Shown here: positions 19,454 to 28,202 of the stretch, one piece after another
Position numbering within the stretch: the first letter of the stretch is position 1
How the letters are laid out: each line of letters starts with the position of its first letter
DNA from: Pseudonocardiaceae bacterium
GTDB lineage: Bacteria > Actinomycetota > Actinomycetes > Mycobacteriales > Pseudonocardiaceae
NCBI GenBank assembly: GCA_050699715.1
Contig: JBOHFR010000009.1
Span: forward strand, 28,941 to 92,940
Reading direction: 5' to 3'
Length of the DNA: 64,000 bases
Notes under the pieces: generated by a model
The model's database searches: none
What the model saw: the letters and a program-made list of their open reading frames with translations, nothing else
Told to the model about the DNA's origin: nothing
Translations under genes and position numbers: made by a program

Positions 19454-20455
19454 TCAGCCGGCGCGACGTGAGCGCGCCACCTCGGCGAGCACAACACCGG
19501 CGGCGACCGACACGTTGAGCGACTCGACCGGCCCCACCATGGGTATCGACACCGCGACGTCACAGGTTTCGCGGACCAGCCGGGACAGCCCGTGCCCTTC
19601 TGAACCGAGGACGAGCACTAGGGGGCCGGTGGCCAGCGGGAAAGCATCCAATGGCATTGCGCCGCCAGCGTCCAGGCCGACCACCATCACACCGGACGCG
19701 GCGACATGCTTGAGTGTGCGCACCAGATTGGTGACCCGAGCCACCGGCAGGCGCGCGGCCGTACCCGCCGAGGCCCGCCAAGCCACCGCAGTCATCCCCG
19801 CCGAGCGCCGTTGCGGGAGCACCAGTCCGTGCGCGCCGAACGCGACGGCGCTGCGGACCACCGCACCTAGGTTGCGCGGGTCGGTCATCCCGTCCAGCGC
19901 GACCAGCAACGGCGGCGTCCCGGACTCCCGCGCGCTCACCAGTACGTCCTCGACAAGCGCGTACTCATACGGCGGCACCTGCAGCGCCACTCCCTGGTGC
20001 AGCGCACCCCCGGCCAGCCGATCGAGGTCAGCCCGGGGCACCTCGAGAATGGACAGCCCGGCATCGGCGGCCAACCGTACGGACTCGCCGACCCGGTCGT
20101 CGAGGTCCACTCCGATGGCCACCTGCAGCGCGGTGGCCGGCACCCCGGCGCGCAGGCATTCCAACACCGAGTTGCGACCAAGGACGGTCTCCCCCGGCTC
20201 GCTACCACCGCGACGGCGGGCTGCGGCGGCCGGGCTGGGTGCGCGCTGCCCTGGATGCCGTGGAGTGGACTGGCGCTGGGCAGGGCTGCCCTGGGTGCCT
20301 TGACGTTGGGCCGGATGGCCGGGCCGCAGCTCGGCGGGCGGTGTGGCGCCGCGACCATGCAGCCCCTTGGATTTTTGTCCGCCGGAGCCGACGACGGCGC
20401 CTTTCTTGGTGCCCGGCTTGCGCATAGCACCCCTACGCGCAGAGTTACCAGCCAT
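19454..20455 (-). CDS. rlmB: TrmH/SpoU-family 23S rRNA 2'-O-methyltransferase (RlmB-like) with a basic N-terminal extension
   Basis: SpoU motifs '[20 protein letters not shown]', '[11 protein letters not shown]', '[13 protein letters not shown]'. Rv3579c-like position next to cysS. Confidence 0.85.
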   Translation of the reverse strand: MAGNSARRGAMRKPGTKKGAVVGSGGQKSKGLHGRGATPPAELRPGHPAQRQGTQGSPAQRQSTPRHPGQRAPSPAAAARRRGGSEPGETVLGRNSVLECLRAGVPATALQVAIGVDLDDRVGESVRLAADAGLSILEVPRADLDRLAGGALHQGVALQVPPYEYALVEDVLVSARESGTPPLLVALDGMTDPRNLGAVVRSAVAFGAHGLVLPQRRSAGMTAVAWRASAGTAARLPVARVTNLVRTLKHVAASGVMVVGLDAGGAMPLDAFPLATGPLVLVLGSEGHGLSRLVRETCDVAVSIPMVGPVESLNVSVAAGVVLAEVARSRRAG

Positions 20456-21848
20456 GAGCTCCACTCCCCTTGCCCGTCCACACCGGACCATCGGGGGTGT
20501 CCTCGACGGCGATCCCGGCCGCCAACAGCTGATCACGCACCGCGTCGGCGGTTGCGTAGTCACGACGGTTGCGCGCCTCGGCACGCTCGGCGAGCAACCG
20601 GTCCACCAAAAAAGCCAGCGCCGCCGACGCGGCGTCTGACCCCGACGTCGAGCGCCACTGGTCAGCCAGCGGGTCCAAGCCCAGCACGCCGGTCATCGCA
20701 CGCACCGAACCGGCCGCGCCTAGCGCCGCCAAGTGGTCCCCAGCGTCCAGCGCCGCGTTGCCTTCGTGCACAGTGGCATGGACCGCAGCCAGGGCTGCCG
20801 GCGTACCGAGGTCATCGTCCATTGACCCGACAAACTCAGCGCACCAGCCGCGTGGCTCCGGCACCCCGCACCGCTCGCGCACTCGGTGCACAAACGACTC
20901 GATGCGCCGATAGGCTACCACCGCCTCGTCCAGCGCACCGTCGGAATACTCGATGGCAGACCGGTAATGCGCGGCAATTAGATAATAGCGCAGCTCTACG
21001 GCACGGACTCGGCGCAGGGTGGCCGGGATGGACAGCGTGTTGCCCAGCGACTTGGACATCTTCTCACCAGACATCATCACCCAGCCGTTGTGCAACCAGT
21101 ACCGGGCGAACCCATCACCGGCAGCGCGGGACTGCGCCCGTTCATTCTCATGGTGCGGGAAGACCAGGTCCAGCCCGCCGCCGTGGATATCGAACTCCGG
21201 GCCAAGGTAGGTGGTGGCCATCGCGGAGCATTCCAGGTGCCATCCGGGGCGGCCCGGTCCCCACGGCGTCGGCCAGGATGGCTCGCCGGGCCGGGCACCC
21301 TTCCACAGCGTGAAGTCCCGGGGATCGCGCTTGCCCGACGCGGCGGACTCACCCTGGCAGACCTCGTCGGGACGCTGCCCCGACAGCGAGCCGTAGTCGT
21401 CCATCGTGGCCACCGCGAAGTAGACATCACCCCCCGCAGCGTAGGCGTGCCCCCGGTCGATCAGCCGCGCCATCAGCTCCACCATCTGCGGAACATGGCC
21501 GGTAGCGCGCGGCAGCACCGACGGCGCCAGGCAGCCCAGCGCCGTGTAGGCGTCCTCAAACGCCCGTTCGTGCGTGTACGCCCATTCCCACCACGGCCGG
21601 CCCGCCTCGGCGGACCGGGTAAGGATCTTGTCGTCGATGTCGGTGACGTTGCGCACCAGCAGCACGTCGTGGCCGGTGGCACTCAACCAGCGACGCAGCA
21701 CGTCGTAGTTCAGCGCCGACCGCACGTGCCCGATGTGCGGGACGCCCTGCACGGTGGCCCCGCACACGTAGATCGACGCCGTGCGGGGTCGCAGCGGGAC
21801 GAACTCCCGCAGGCCGCGTGTCGCGGTGTCGTACAGGTGCAGGCTCAC
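20445..21848 (-). CDS. cysS: Cysteine--tRNA ligase
   Basis: '[15 protein letters not shown]' (HIGH) and 'KMSKSLGN' (KMSKS). Confidence 0.95.
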   Translation of the reverse strand: MSLHLYDTATRGLREFVPLRPRTASIYVCGATVQGVPHIGHVRSALNYDVLRRWLSATGHDVLLVRNVTDIDDKILTRSAEAGRPWWEWAYTHERAFEDAYTALGCLAPSVLPRATGHVPQMVELMARLIDRGHAYAAGGDVYFAVATMDDYGSLSGQRPDEVCQGESAASGKRDPRDFTLWKGARPGEPSWPTPWGPGRPGWHLECSAMATTYLGPEFDIHGGGLDLVFPHHENERAQSRAAGDGFARYWLHNGWVMMSGEKMSKSLGNTLSIPATLRRVRAVELRYYLIAAHYRSAIEYSDGALDEAVVAYRRIESFVHRVRERCGVPEPRGWCAEFVGSMDDDLGTPAALAAVHATVHEGNAALDAGDHLAALGAAGSVRAMTGVLGLDPLADQWRSTSGSDAASAALAFLVDRLLAERAEARNRRDYATADAVRDQLLAAGIAVEDTPDGPVWTGKGSGAHGW

Positions 21849-21905
21849 GACGTGATCGTAGAGCGTGGCTTGTCAAGCCCCACGATCAATACCCGGTCAC
21901 CGCCG

Positions 21906-23255
21906 TTACGCTTCGGCGGTGGGTCGGACTAGCAGCGCCTGACCAGCAGCGGATGTGCCGGTCAGTAGGGCCTGCTCTGCGGCGGGTTCCAGACCGGCCC
22001 GCAGGCCGAGAGAGATGATCTCCTCCGTGCAGATACCCTTCTGGAAAGTCCCCTTGGCCGCACTCGACCAGTAGCCGTCCTGGTGGGAAGACCAGTTCGC
22101 TGAGGCAGCTCTTGGGTCGATGTCAGCGGGTGATCGGGTGACGACAAGCAAATAACCACCCGGACGTACGAACTGGGCGGCGTGCTGCAGGGCTTGGATG
22201 CGTTGCCAGGGGTCGGGCAGGACGTTGAGCACGAAGATGTTGGCGACCAAGTCATACTGACGATCTTGCTTGGTGGTCCAGCCGAAGCCTGGGTGCGGGT
22301 CCCAGCCATCCGCATCCAATCCAGCAGCCCGATAATGGTCGACATCGCTGCCGCGCCCGCAACCGTGGTCCAGGACACTAGCAATGCCAAGCCGGGGTAC
22401 GAAGACATCGACGACGGTACGGGCGAACGGGGACGGACGAACGCGGCTCATCGCGGTCTTATGCGGTTGACACTCGGAACGGGTGAACAGGGCGCGGTCA
22501 GTCGGCTCGGGCAGCAGCGCGAACAGGGCTTCTCGATCCTCCACGGCGACGGTGTCGAGCGTGACCGGGACGTCCATGAGAATGCCGGAATGGTCGGTGA
22601 ATGCCTGCTCGCCAGCGCGAGTGGAATGATCGTATCGGACGTTGACCATCGGAAGCAGGTGACCGGGAACCAGAGCGAGGTCGCACCGAAACCGGCTGCG
22701 CAGGCCTGACCGTTGACGCTCAATAGTGAACTGCGGAGTCTCGGTGGCGGTAGCGTCGGCGAGGCCGTTATCAACCAATAACTCGGCGAACGGTTTGCGA
22801 TCTATGGAACTGTTGAAGTTGCTGGGCCGTCCGTTGTTGAGGCCGTCAACCGGACGAGGGGCGAGGTTGAAGTCTCCGCAGGCGAGTATAGGCCGTCCGT
22901 TTTCGACGGCAATAATCTCCTGGAATCGGCAGAGCTGGCGGCGACGAGAGGTAGCCGAGCGGCAGTCGAGGTAGGTGTTGTACGCCACTAGCCAGCCTAG
23001 TTCCAGGCGTTGGACGAAACTTTCTAGTCGGGAAACCGGTGGGATGGGGACCTGTTCTGCGCTCCAGCAGAAAAGGTCCCCATCTCCGCCGACTGACCTG
23101 TAGGCGGCCAAGTTGACCGCAGTACGGTTCACTGGCTTCCACGGCTCCTGGGCGACCAGCACATCCACGTGGTGGTAATGCAGCCAAGCTGTGAGTTTTG
23201 CTCGTGCGGCGGGGTTGCCAAGGCGCTTGTTGAGGTTTATTGAGGCTAGGCGCAC
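21906..23255 (-). CDS. Fusion protein: EEP (ExoIII/APE1-like endonuclease/exonuclease/phosphatase) domain + SAM-dependent methyltransferase domain
   Basis: EEP motifs 'INLNKR', 'VLVAQE', 'GDFNLAP', 'FTDHSGILMDV'. C-terminal MTase motif I 'VLDHGCGRGSD' and 'VRPGGYLLVV'. Confidence 0.7.
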   Translation of the reverse strand: MRLASINLNKRLGNPAARAKLTAWLHYHHVDVLVAQEPWKPVNRTAVNLAAYRSVGGDGDLFCWSAEQVPIPPVSRLESFVQRLELGWLVAYNTYLDCRSATSRRRQLCRFQEIIAVENGRPILACGDFNLAPRPVDGLNNGRPSNFNSSIDRKPFAELLVDNGLADATATETPQFTIERQRSGLRSRFRCDLALVPGHLLPMVNVRYDHSTRAGEQAFTDHSGILMDVPVTLDTVAVEDREALFALLPEPTDRALFTRSECQPHKTAMSRVRPSPFARTVVDVFVPRLGIASVLDHGCGRGSDVDHYRAAGLDADGWDPHPGFGWTTKQDRQYDLVANIFVLNVLPDPWQRIQALQHAAQFVRPGGYLLVVTRSPADIDPRAASANWSSHQDGYWSSAAKGTFQKGICTEEIISLGLRAGLEPAAEQALLTGTSAAGQALLVRPTAEA

Positions 23256-23271
23256 AAAATCTCCTCGTCAA

Positions 23272-24273
23272 CTACAGAGTAACAGCGGTTCCCGATCGGA
23301 CTTCCTCGTCGAATGCGTTCCACAACAAGTTGAGTGGATGCGTCGGCGTATATTGCTCCCGCTCGCCCTTGCGGGCGAACACGCCGGTGACCAGTTCAAG
23401 CATTGGATCGAAGTCTTCGGCGAACGCAACGAGTCGAAAGTCAGAACCGCCGGGGAGTCGCCCTTCGACGGCCGCTCGCCCGATAGCCTTAGAGACGATC
23501 ATGCATCCGTATATCATTCCAGAGCGTAGTAGCGCCAGGCCATAGTAGATGTCGTCGATAGTAGTCGCGATAGTCAATTTGTTGCGAAAGTCACTACCGT
23601 ACCAACGCGAAAGAAATTCCACAATCACACCGCCGGACGGGATCACGAGCGGGGCCGACGGCAGTTTTTGTCGCCCGACCGCATTTGCTGCAAGCTCTCG
23701 CCGGGGCAAGTTCGTCAACAGTGCAAGTCCTTCACGATGCCATTCGAGGAAATCGTACTGGCCAAGAAATTCGAGACTTCCAACCGCTGAGGCGAACCCG
23801 CCGCACATCAGGTCAACCTCCTTGGTGTCCAGTCGAGTGAACGTATCTTTGGTGCGCACGTGCACTATTTTAAGTTCGATCTCACGGGACTGGAATTCAT
23901 TACTAACACGTTGCCATACCCGACTTAAGAAATCCAGGGTGAACTCAGTGGTTCCTACCGAAATTGTCTGCCCCAGACGGCGCCGGGCGCCGTCTATTGA
24001 TGATTTCCATGCGGTCAGGGTAGTACGGGCCAATTCGACGAACTGCCATCCGGACGGTGTGAACAGGAATTGCTTGCCACGTCCCTGCTTGATTACCAAC
24101 TGCTCTCCGCACATTTTCCGGAAGCTGCGGTTGAGTGTATCCAGCTGCTTTTGCACGCTGGACTGCTCTCGGCCTAGCACCCGGGCCGCGCTGAGAGCCG
24201 AACCGGTCTCGGCCACCAGTACCAGGGTGCGCAGCTGATCGAATGTGGTCTCCAACAGTCCCGCGCCGACCAT
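23272..24273 (-). CDS. LysR-family transcriptional regulator
   Basis: 'FDQLRTLVLVAETGSALSAARVLGREQSSVQKQLDTL' HTH. Start taken at 'MVGAGLLE'. Visibly AT-richer than its surroundings. 16 nt upstream of the nuclease-MTase gene and divergent from the 24503+ operon. Confidence 0.8.
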   Translation of the reverse strand: MVGAGLLETTFDQLRTLVLVAETGSALSAARVLGREQSSVQKQLDTLNRSFRKMCGEQLVIKQGRGKQFLFTPSGWQFVELARTTLTAWKSSIDGARRRLGQTISVGTTEFTLDFLSRVWQRVSNEFQSREIELKIVHVRTKDTFTRLDTKEVDLMCGGFASAVGSLEFLGQYDFLEWHREGLALLTNLPRRELAANAVGRQKLPSAPLVIPSGGVIVEFLSRWYGSDFRNKLTIATTIDDIYYGLALLRSGMIYGCMIVSKAIGRAAVEGRLPGGSDFRLVAFAEDFDPMLELVTGVFARKGEREQYTPTHPLNLLWNAFDEEVRSGTAVTL

Positions 24274-24502
24274 CTCGACCCCGCCAAGGTGCGGCGTGCT
24301 CGTCAACCTATCGTCCTTTACCAACTCCGCACCGCCTTCTTTTCCGGTGACAAAATATTCGATCAAACATTTGAAGTGCACCAGATCACAGTTCCAGTTG
24401 GAGCCACCTCTAGATGTTCGACAGCACATCTAGACGCCTGAAACTTGATCAGGGAATATTTGACCATGGGCTCACCAACCTACGCGGACGGAGGTGGAGC
24501 GG
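24274..24502. promoter_or_regulatory. Divergent promoter/operator region between the LysR gene and the Dcd-like operon
   Basis: Inferred only from the divergent LysR-target arrangement. No operator identified. Confidence 0.35.
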
Positions 24503-25462
24503 ATGTGGACAGCGGGCGTGCCCACAAAGCTGATTGACTCCGGCGACGTCGGCTGGCCGAAACAGTCGATCACGTGCCAGCTGCGGCTGCTGGGCGGTTC
24601 GGGCCGCAACGGCAACGGCATGACTTCCGACGTCGATGCGACCACGCAGCGGGTGGTGGTCCTCACCGAGGAGGCTAGGGTGCCCAAGTTGATGATCCAT
24701 TCCGGCGGCAGTGTGAAGAGCGGCGCATACTACCGTGGCGGTAACAGCTTCCCGATCTGCCCGATCGAACCTCACGCTGGTGCCCTGACGACCGCTGGTC
24801 GAGCGGTCATTCCACTCGAATCCGCAAGCCGATTCACTACCCAACGCATAACCTCAAGATGTACAGAACAGCTGAAACAAGCACTGGAGACGAAGAAGAT
24901 GTTTTTAGACGAATTGGCAGTGCGGTCGCTCATCAACGAAGGCAGGCTAGATTGGGGCGGTGAGCTCCGGCGTGATTCCCTCCTGTTGACCCTCGGCAAC
25001 CGGTTGCAGTCAATGGCGCACCGCCCGCCAGCGGTGGTGGACCTGACTGATCAGGACCAGATTGACGCGATCTATGGCGAGACCCTGGTCGGATGGCATT
25101 CTTTCACCCTGCGACGCGGTGAGCTGGCACTCTTCCACGCGGATCACTCGGTGGCGCTCCCGCGTAGCGTGGGCGGGTTCATCGGCGGGTTGAGCCACAT
25201 GGCGAGGCTCGGTCTCACGGTGCATCTGGACACGCCTATCGTCGATGCCGGATTTCACGGAGTACTGACCATCGAGATGTTCAATGCAGGCCCGTCCGAC
25301 GTGATCCTTCGGCCGGGGATGCCGGTCGCGAAGGTACTCCTGTACCGCGTCGGCGACGGTGCGCTCGTTGAGCCGTATCACCACGTTTTCTACGGAAACG
25401 AAGAGCACCTCGGAAGCAAATACGCGTCCGAGTTCTTCTCGGCGCCCGCCACGGAGGGGTGA
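24503..25462 (+). CDS. dCTP deaminase/dUTPase-fold protein with a ~130-aa N-terminal extension of unknown function
   Basis: C-terminal 187 aa are Dcd-like ('GGLSHMARLGLTVH', 'DAGFHGVLTIEMFNAG', 'VAKVLLY'). The upstream in-frame 135 codons have strong third-position GC bias over about the first 85 codons. GGAGG lies 8 nt before the ATG at 24503. Alternative start: ATG 24899 (GGAGA RBS). Confidence 0.65.
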   Translation: MWTAGVPTKLIDSGDVGWPKQSITCQLRLLGGSGRNGNGMTSDVDATTQRVVVLTEEARVPKLMIHSGGSVKSGAYYRGGNSFPICPIEPHAGALTTAGRAVIPLESASRFTTQRITSRCTEQLKQALETKKMFLDELAVRSLINEGRLDWGGELRRDSLLLTLGNRLQSMAHRPPAVVDLTDQDQIDAIYGETLVGWHSFTLRRGELALFHADHSVALPRSVGGFIGGLSHMARLGLTVHLDTPIVDAGFHGVLTIEMFNAGPSDVILRPGMPVAKVLLYRVGDGALVEPYHHVFYGNEEHLGSKYASEFFSAPATEG

Positions 25463-25463
25463 A

Positions 25464-26087
25464 GTGATCGACTGCGCTTTCTGCGATGAGTTCGCCCAGC
25501 CGACCGAGGCGACCTGGATCGTGGCTCGCACGCAGGGCCGGGTGGTTCTCCCGACGATCGGCTGCCTCACCCAGGGCTACCTGCTCTACATGCCGCACGA
25601 GCACACGCTCGCGTTCGCCGATCTCGACGACGCGGAACTGCACGAGTGCGAGCAGGACATCGACAGCCTGCGCAGCGCATTGGCCGACCGGTACGGTCCG
25701 ATGATCGTCGCCGAGCACGGCCCGCGGGAGTGCGACCTCGGAGCGGGCTGTTGTGACCACGCACACATGCATCTGATCCCGGTGCCAACCCCGGATCGGG
25801 TAGTCGGGGAGTACTTCGAGATCGGGGGGCCGACAGAACCGTACCGGACGCTGGCGGAGTGCCTCGCCTCCGTCGATGAGGCCTACGTGTATGTCTCACC
25901 AGCGCCTACAGAGCACTACATTCGGCCGGCGACGGAGTTTCCCCGGCAATGGGTGCGTCGGGTGTGCGCGGATATTTACGGCAAGGCGTCCCAATGGGAC
26001 TGGCGCGACCATCCCTTCGACCTGGAGCGCCAGCGGACGTACGATGCACTGATCGGAATTCCACTGCTGCCGTCCCGGATACCTTGA
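25464..26087 (+). CDS. HIT-superfamily (histidine triad) nucleotide hydrolase/transferase-like protein
   Basis: 'CAFCDE' N-terminus and triad 'HAHMHLIPV'. GTG start 1 nt after the Dcd-like stop, with GGAGGGG upstream. Confidence 0.65.
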   Translation: MIDCAFCDEFAQPTEATWIVARTQGRVVLPTIGCLTQGYLLYMPHEHTLAFADLDDAELHECEQDIDSLRSALADRYGPMIVAEHGPRECDLGAGCCDHAHMHLIPVPTPDRVVGEYFEIGGPTEPYRTLAECLASVDEAYVYVSPAPTEHYIRPATEFPRQWVRRVCADIYGKASQWDWRDHPFDLERQRTYDALIGIPLLPSRIP

Positions 26088-26986
26088 TGCCTGGCATCTG
26101 CGATGCACCTCCGACCCTCTCCCTGCTCACCCCGGAGGAGAGCAGAGAAAGGGCACGGGACCGGCGATGGCCAAAATGGTCGACGCAGTGCTTTATGCAT
26201 TCCCTGGGCCTGGCCGTCCTGGACGCATGCCTGATAACGCCCGACGCCGCGCTACAGCTCGCTGACGCCGTCAAGGCGTTCGCGCGGCTACACGACAGCG
26301 CGGCGGTGATGATCCGATCCGACGGGGGAATGGAGACCACGGAGTACCGGCGAGGCGGCCACACCCTGACCGTGGAACAGGCGGTCGAACACGCACACGA
26401 TTTACTGTCGCACCGTCGAGCCGTCCTGCTGATGGAACCGACGAACCGGTTCACCAACAGGCTGACCGCGATGATACGGATCGATCGTGAGGCGCCTCAC
26501 GGCGAAACCGGGCAGCTGACAATCGAGGTGCTCGGCCCCGGATACGACCTCGCCGACCTGGCCAGAAGCGGTGTGCAGCCGCACGCTCGGATTGAGGTCC
26601 GCAACATCGACTGGGACCGGCCGGAGGCCCTGTGGCCACAGGACGTCTTCGCCACCGTGGTGGATGCGTCCGTGCCGGCCAGACTCGAGGCAAGGCTGGA
26701 CTTCATCGGCGCGCACTGCCTACCGGGGCAGGCGGCGGTCGACAAAGTCACCCGCGTCGAGCACGCCCGGATCTGGTTGTTGGAGCGGGGGTACGGCGAG
26801 CTTTTCGAGCCTTTCGACCTGACGTCCGCCCTGCGGCACCTACCCGACTGGCACCGGGACGCGTTCTCGATCGCAGCTGGCATCCCGCAGGTGGGGTGGA
26901 CCTGCGTGGCGACTGGCTGGTCCGATCTGGGCGACGGCCGCAATGTCTACTGGGACATCATCGATGGAAGAAACAAATATGGCTGA
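26087..26986 (+). CDS. Hypothetical protein; weak resemblance to the nucleotide-binding (ATP-grasp) half of PEP-utilising enzymes
   Basis: ATG overlaps the HIT stop (TGATG). 'VMIRSDGGMETTEYRRGG' and 'AVLLMEPTN' loosely recall PPDK_N 'VAVRSSA...FAG' and 'AVLVQxMV'. This is not a confident domain call. Confidence 0.55.
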   Translation: MPGICDAPPTLSLLTPEESRERARDRRWPKWSTQCFMHSLGLAVLDACLITPDAALQLADAVKAFARLHDSAAVMIRSDGGMETTEYRRGGHTLTVEQAVEHAHDLLSHRRAVLLMEPTNRFTNRLTAMIRIDREAPHGETGQLTIEVLGPGYDLADLARSGVQPHARIEVRNIDWDRPEALWPQDVFATVVDASVPARLEARLDFIGAHCLPGQAAVDKVTRVEHARIWLLERGYGELFEPFDLTSALRHLPDWHRDAFSIAAGIPQVGWTCVATGWSDLGDGRNVYWDIIDGRNKYG

Positions 26987-28172
26987 CATGACTGAGGCGC
27001 AGCAGCGCAGGGCTCTTTACTTCGACTATCAAGCAACCACTCCGGTCGACCCCGGTGTTGTGGCCGCGATGCTGCCGTTCTTCACGGATCAGTTCGGCAA
27101 CGCGGGCTCGCGCCACAGCTACGGCACGGCTGCGGCGTTCCATGTTGCCGCGGCGCGGCAGCGGGTCGCCCAGCTCATCGGGGCGCTGTCCCCGGACGAG
27201 ATCGTCTTCACGGCGGGTGCTACCGAGAGCAACGCCACGATCATCCGGAATGTCTTTGCCGCTGCGGAACGGGCCCACTTCGTCACGACCGCGATCGAGC
27301 ACCCATCGGTGCTGGGTCCGGCCGCCGAGCAGGCACGGGTCGGGCACGAAGTCAGCTACCTCGCGGTCGATCGTCAGGGGCGGGTCGACCCGGTACAGGT
27401 CGAGTCCTTGATCCGTTCGGAGACGAGACTCGTGTCCGTCATGCACGCGAACAACGAGGTCGGGACGATCCAGCCGCTTGCCGACATCAGCCGCATCACA
27501 CGTGCCGCAGGCGTCCTGTTGCACGCCGACCTGACGCAGACCGCCGGTGCTCTCGAGGTGGACGTGCAGGAGCTGGGGGTAGACCTTGCTTCCTTCTCCG
27601 CACACAAGTTCTACGGACCGAAGGGCATCGGCGCCCTGTATGTACGCAGAGGATGCAGCCTAGGGAAGGGGCCGGGCAGGACCGAGTCGGCGCTGCGCCC
27701 CGGGACCCTGAACGTGCCGGGCATTGTCGGCATGGGCACCGCCGCCGAACTGGCTGTAACGCGGAGGTTGGCCGACAGGATCCACACAGGGACCCTGCGG
27801 ACGCGGTTCGCGGAGGCATTGTTGGCCGCGATGCCGGACGCGTTCGTGAACGGCCACCCGACGGAGCGCATCCCGGGGAACCTGAGCGTCACCTTCCCCG
27901 GCATCGAGGTGGACGAGGTGCTGCGAGCCGACCCGGGCCTTGGCCTGGCGATGGGCTCGGCCTGTACGTCGGGCCGGACGGAACCTTCGCACGTCCTACT
28001 GGCCCTGGGCTTGTCCCGGACGCTCAGCCGCTCGACGCTGCGCATCGGATTCGGCCGGGCAACCGAATGGGACGACTGCCACGAGTGCGTGGAGCGCCTG
28101 GTGCCCCTGCTGATGAGATCCCGGTCCAGATCCCGCGCCGGCGAGGAAGTGTCCACCGGAGGGGCTAGATAG
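26979..28172 (+). CDS. Cysteine desulfurase (class V aminotransferase, IscS/NifS-like)
   Basis: 'YFDYQATTPVD', 'FTAGATESN', PLP-Lys 'SFSAHKFYGPKGIGALYV', catalytic loop 'GSACTSGRTEPSHVLLALG'. Start overlaps the previous stop by 8 nt. Confidence 0.85.
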   Translation: MADMTEAQQRRALYFDYQATTPVDPGVVAAMLPFFTDQFGNAGSRHSYGTAAAFHVAAARQRVAQLIGALSPDEIVFTAGATESNATIIRNVFAAAERAHFVTTAIEHPSVLGPAAEQARVGHEVSYLAVDRQGRVDPVQVESLIRSETRLVSVMHANNEVGTIQPLADISRITRAAGVLLHADLTQTAGALEVDVQELGVDLASFSAHKFYGPKGIGALYVRRGCSLGKGPGRTESALRPGTLNVPGIVGMGTAAELAVTRRLADRIHTGTLRTRFAEALLAAMPDAFVNGHPTERIPGNLSVTFPGIEVDEVLRADPGLGLAMGSACTSGRTEPSHVLLALGLSRTLSRSTLRIGFGRATEWDDCHECVERLVPLLMRSRSRSRAGEEVSTGGAR

Positions 28173-28202
28173 CGTGTTCCTATCGGTCGAAGGGCTGGTG
28201 AC

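Noticed and set aside
19997-21313. 438-aa ORF on the plus strand
   Set aside because: Antisense to rlmB/cysS, which have unmistakable motifs. The translation is Arg/Pro-rich with no motif.
24449-24844. 131-aa minus-strand ORF in the LysR/Dcd intergenic region
   Set aside because: Antisense to the frame that shows coding bias (the N-terminal extension of the Dcd-like protein). No motif.
26979-28172. Reading the cysteine desulfurase plus nearby methyltransferase as a Dnd/Ssp phosphorothioation system
   Set aside because: No DndB/C/D/E or SspB/C/D-like genes (PAPS-reductase-like ATP pyrophosphatase, SMC-like ATPase) are present in the cassette.
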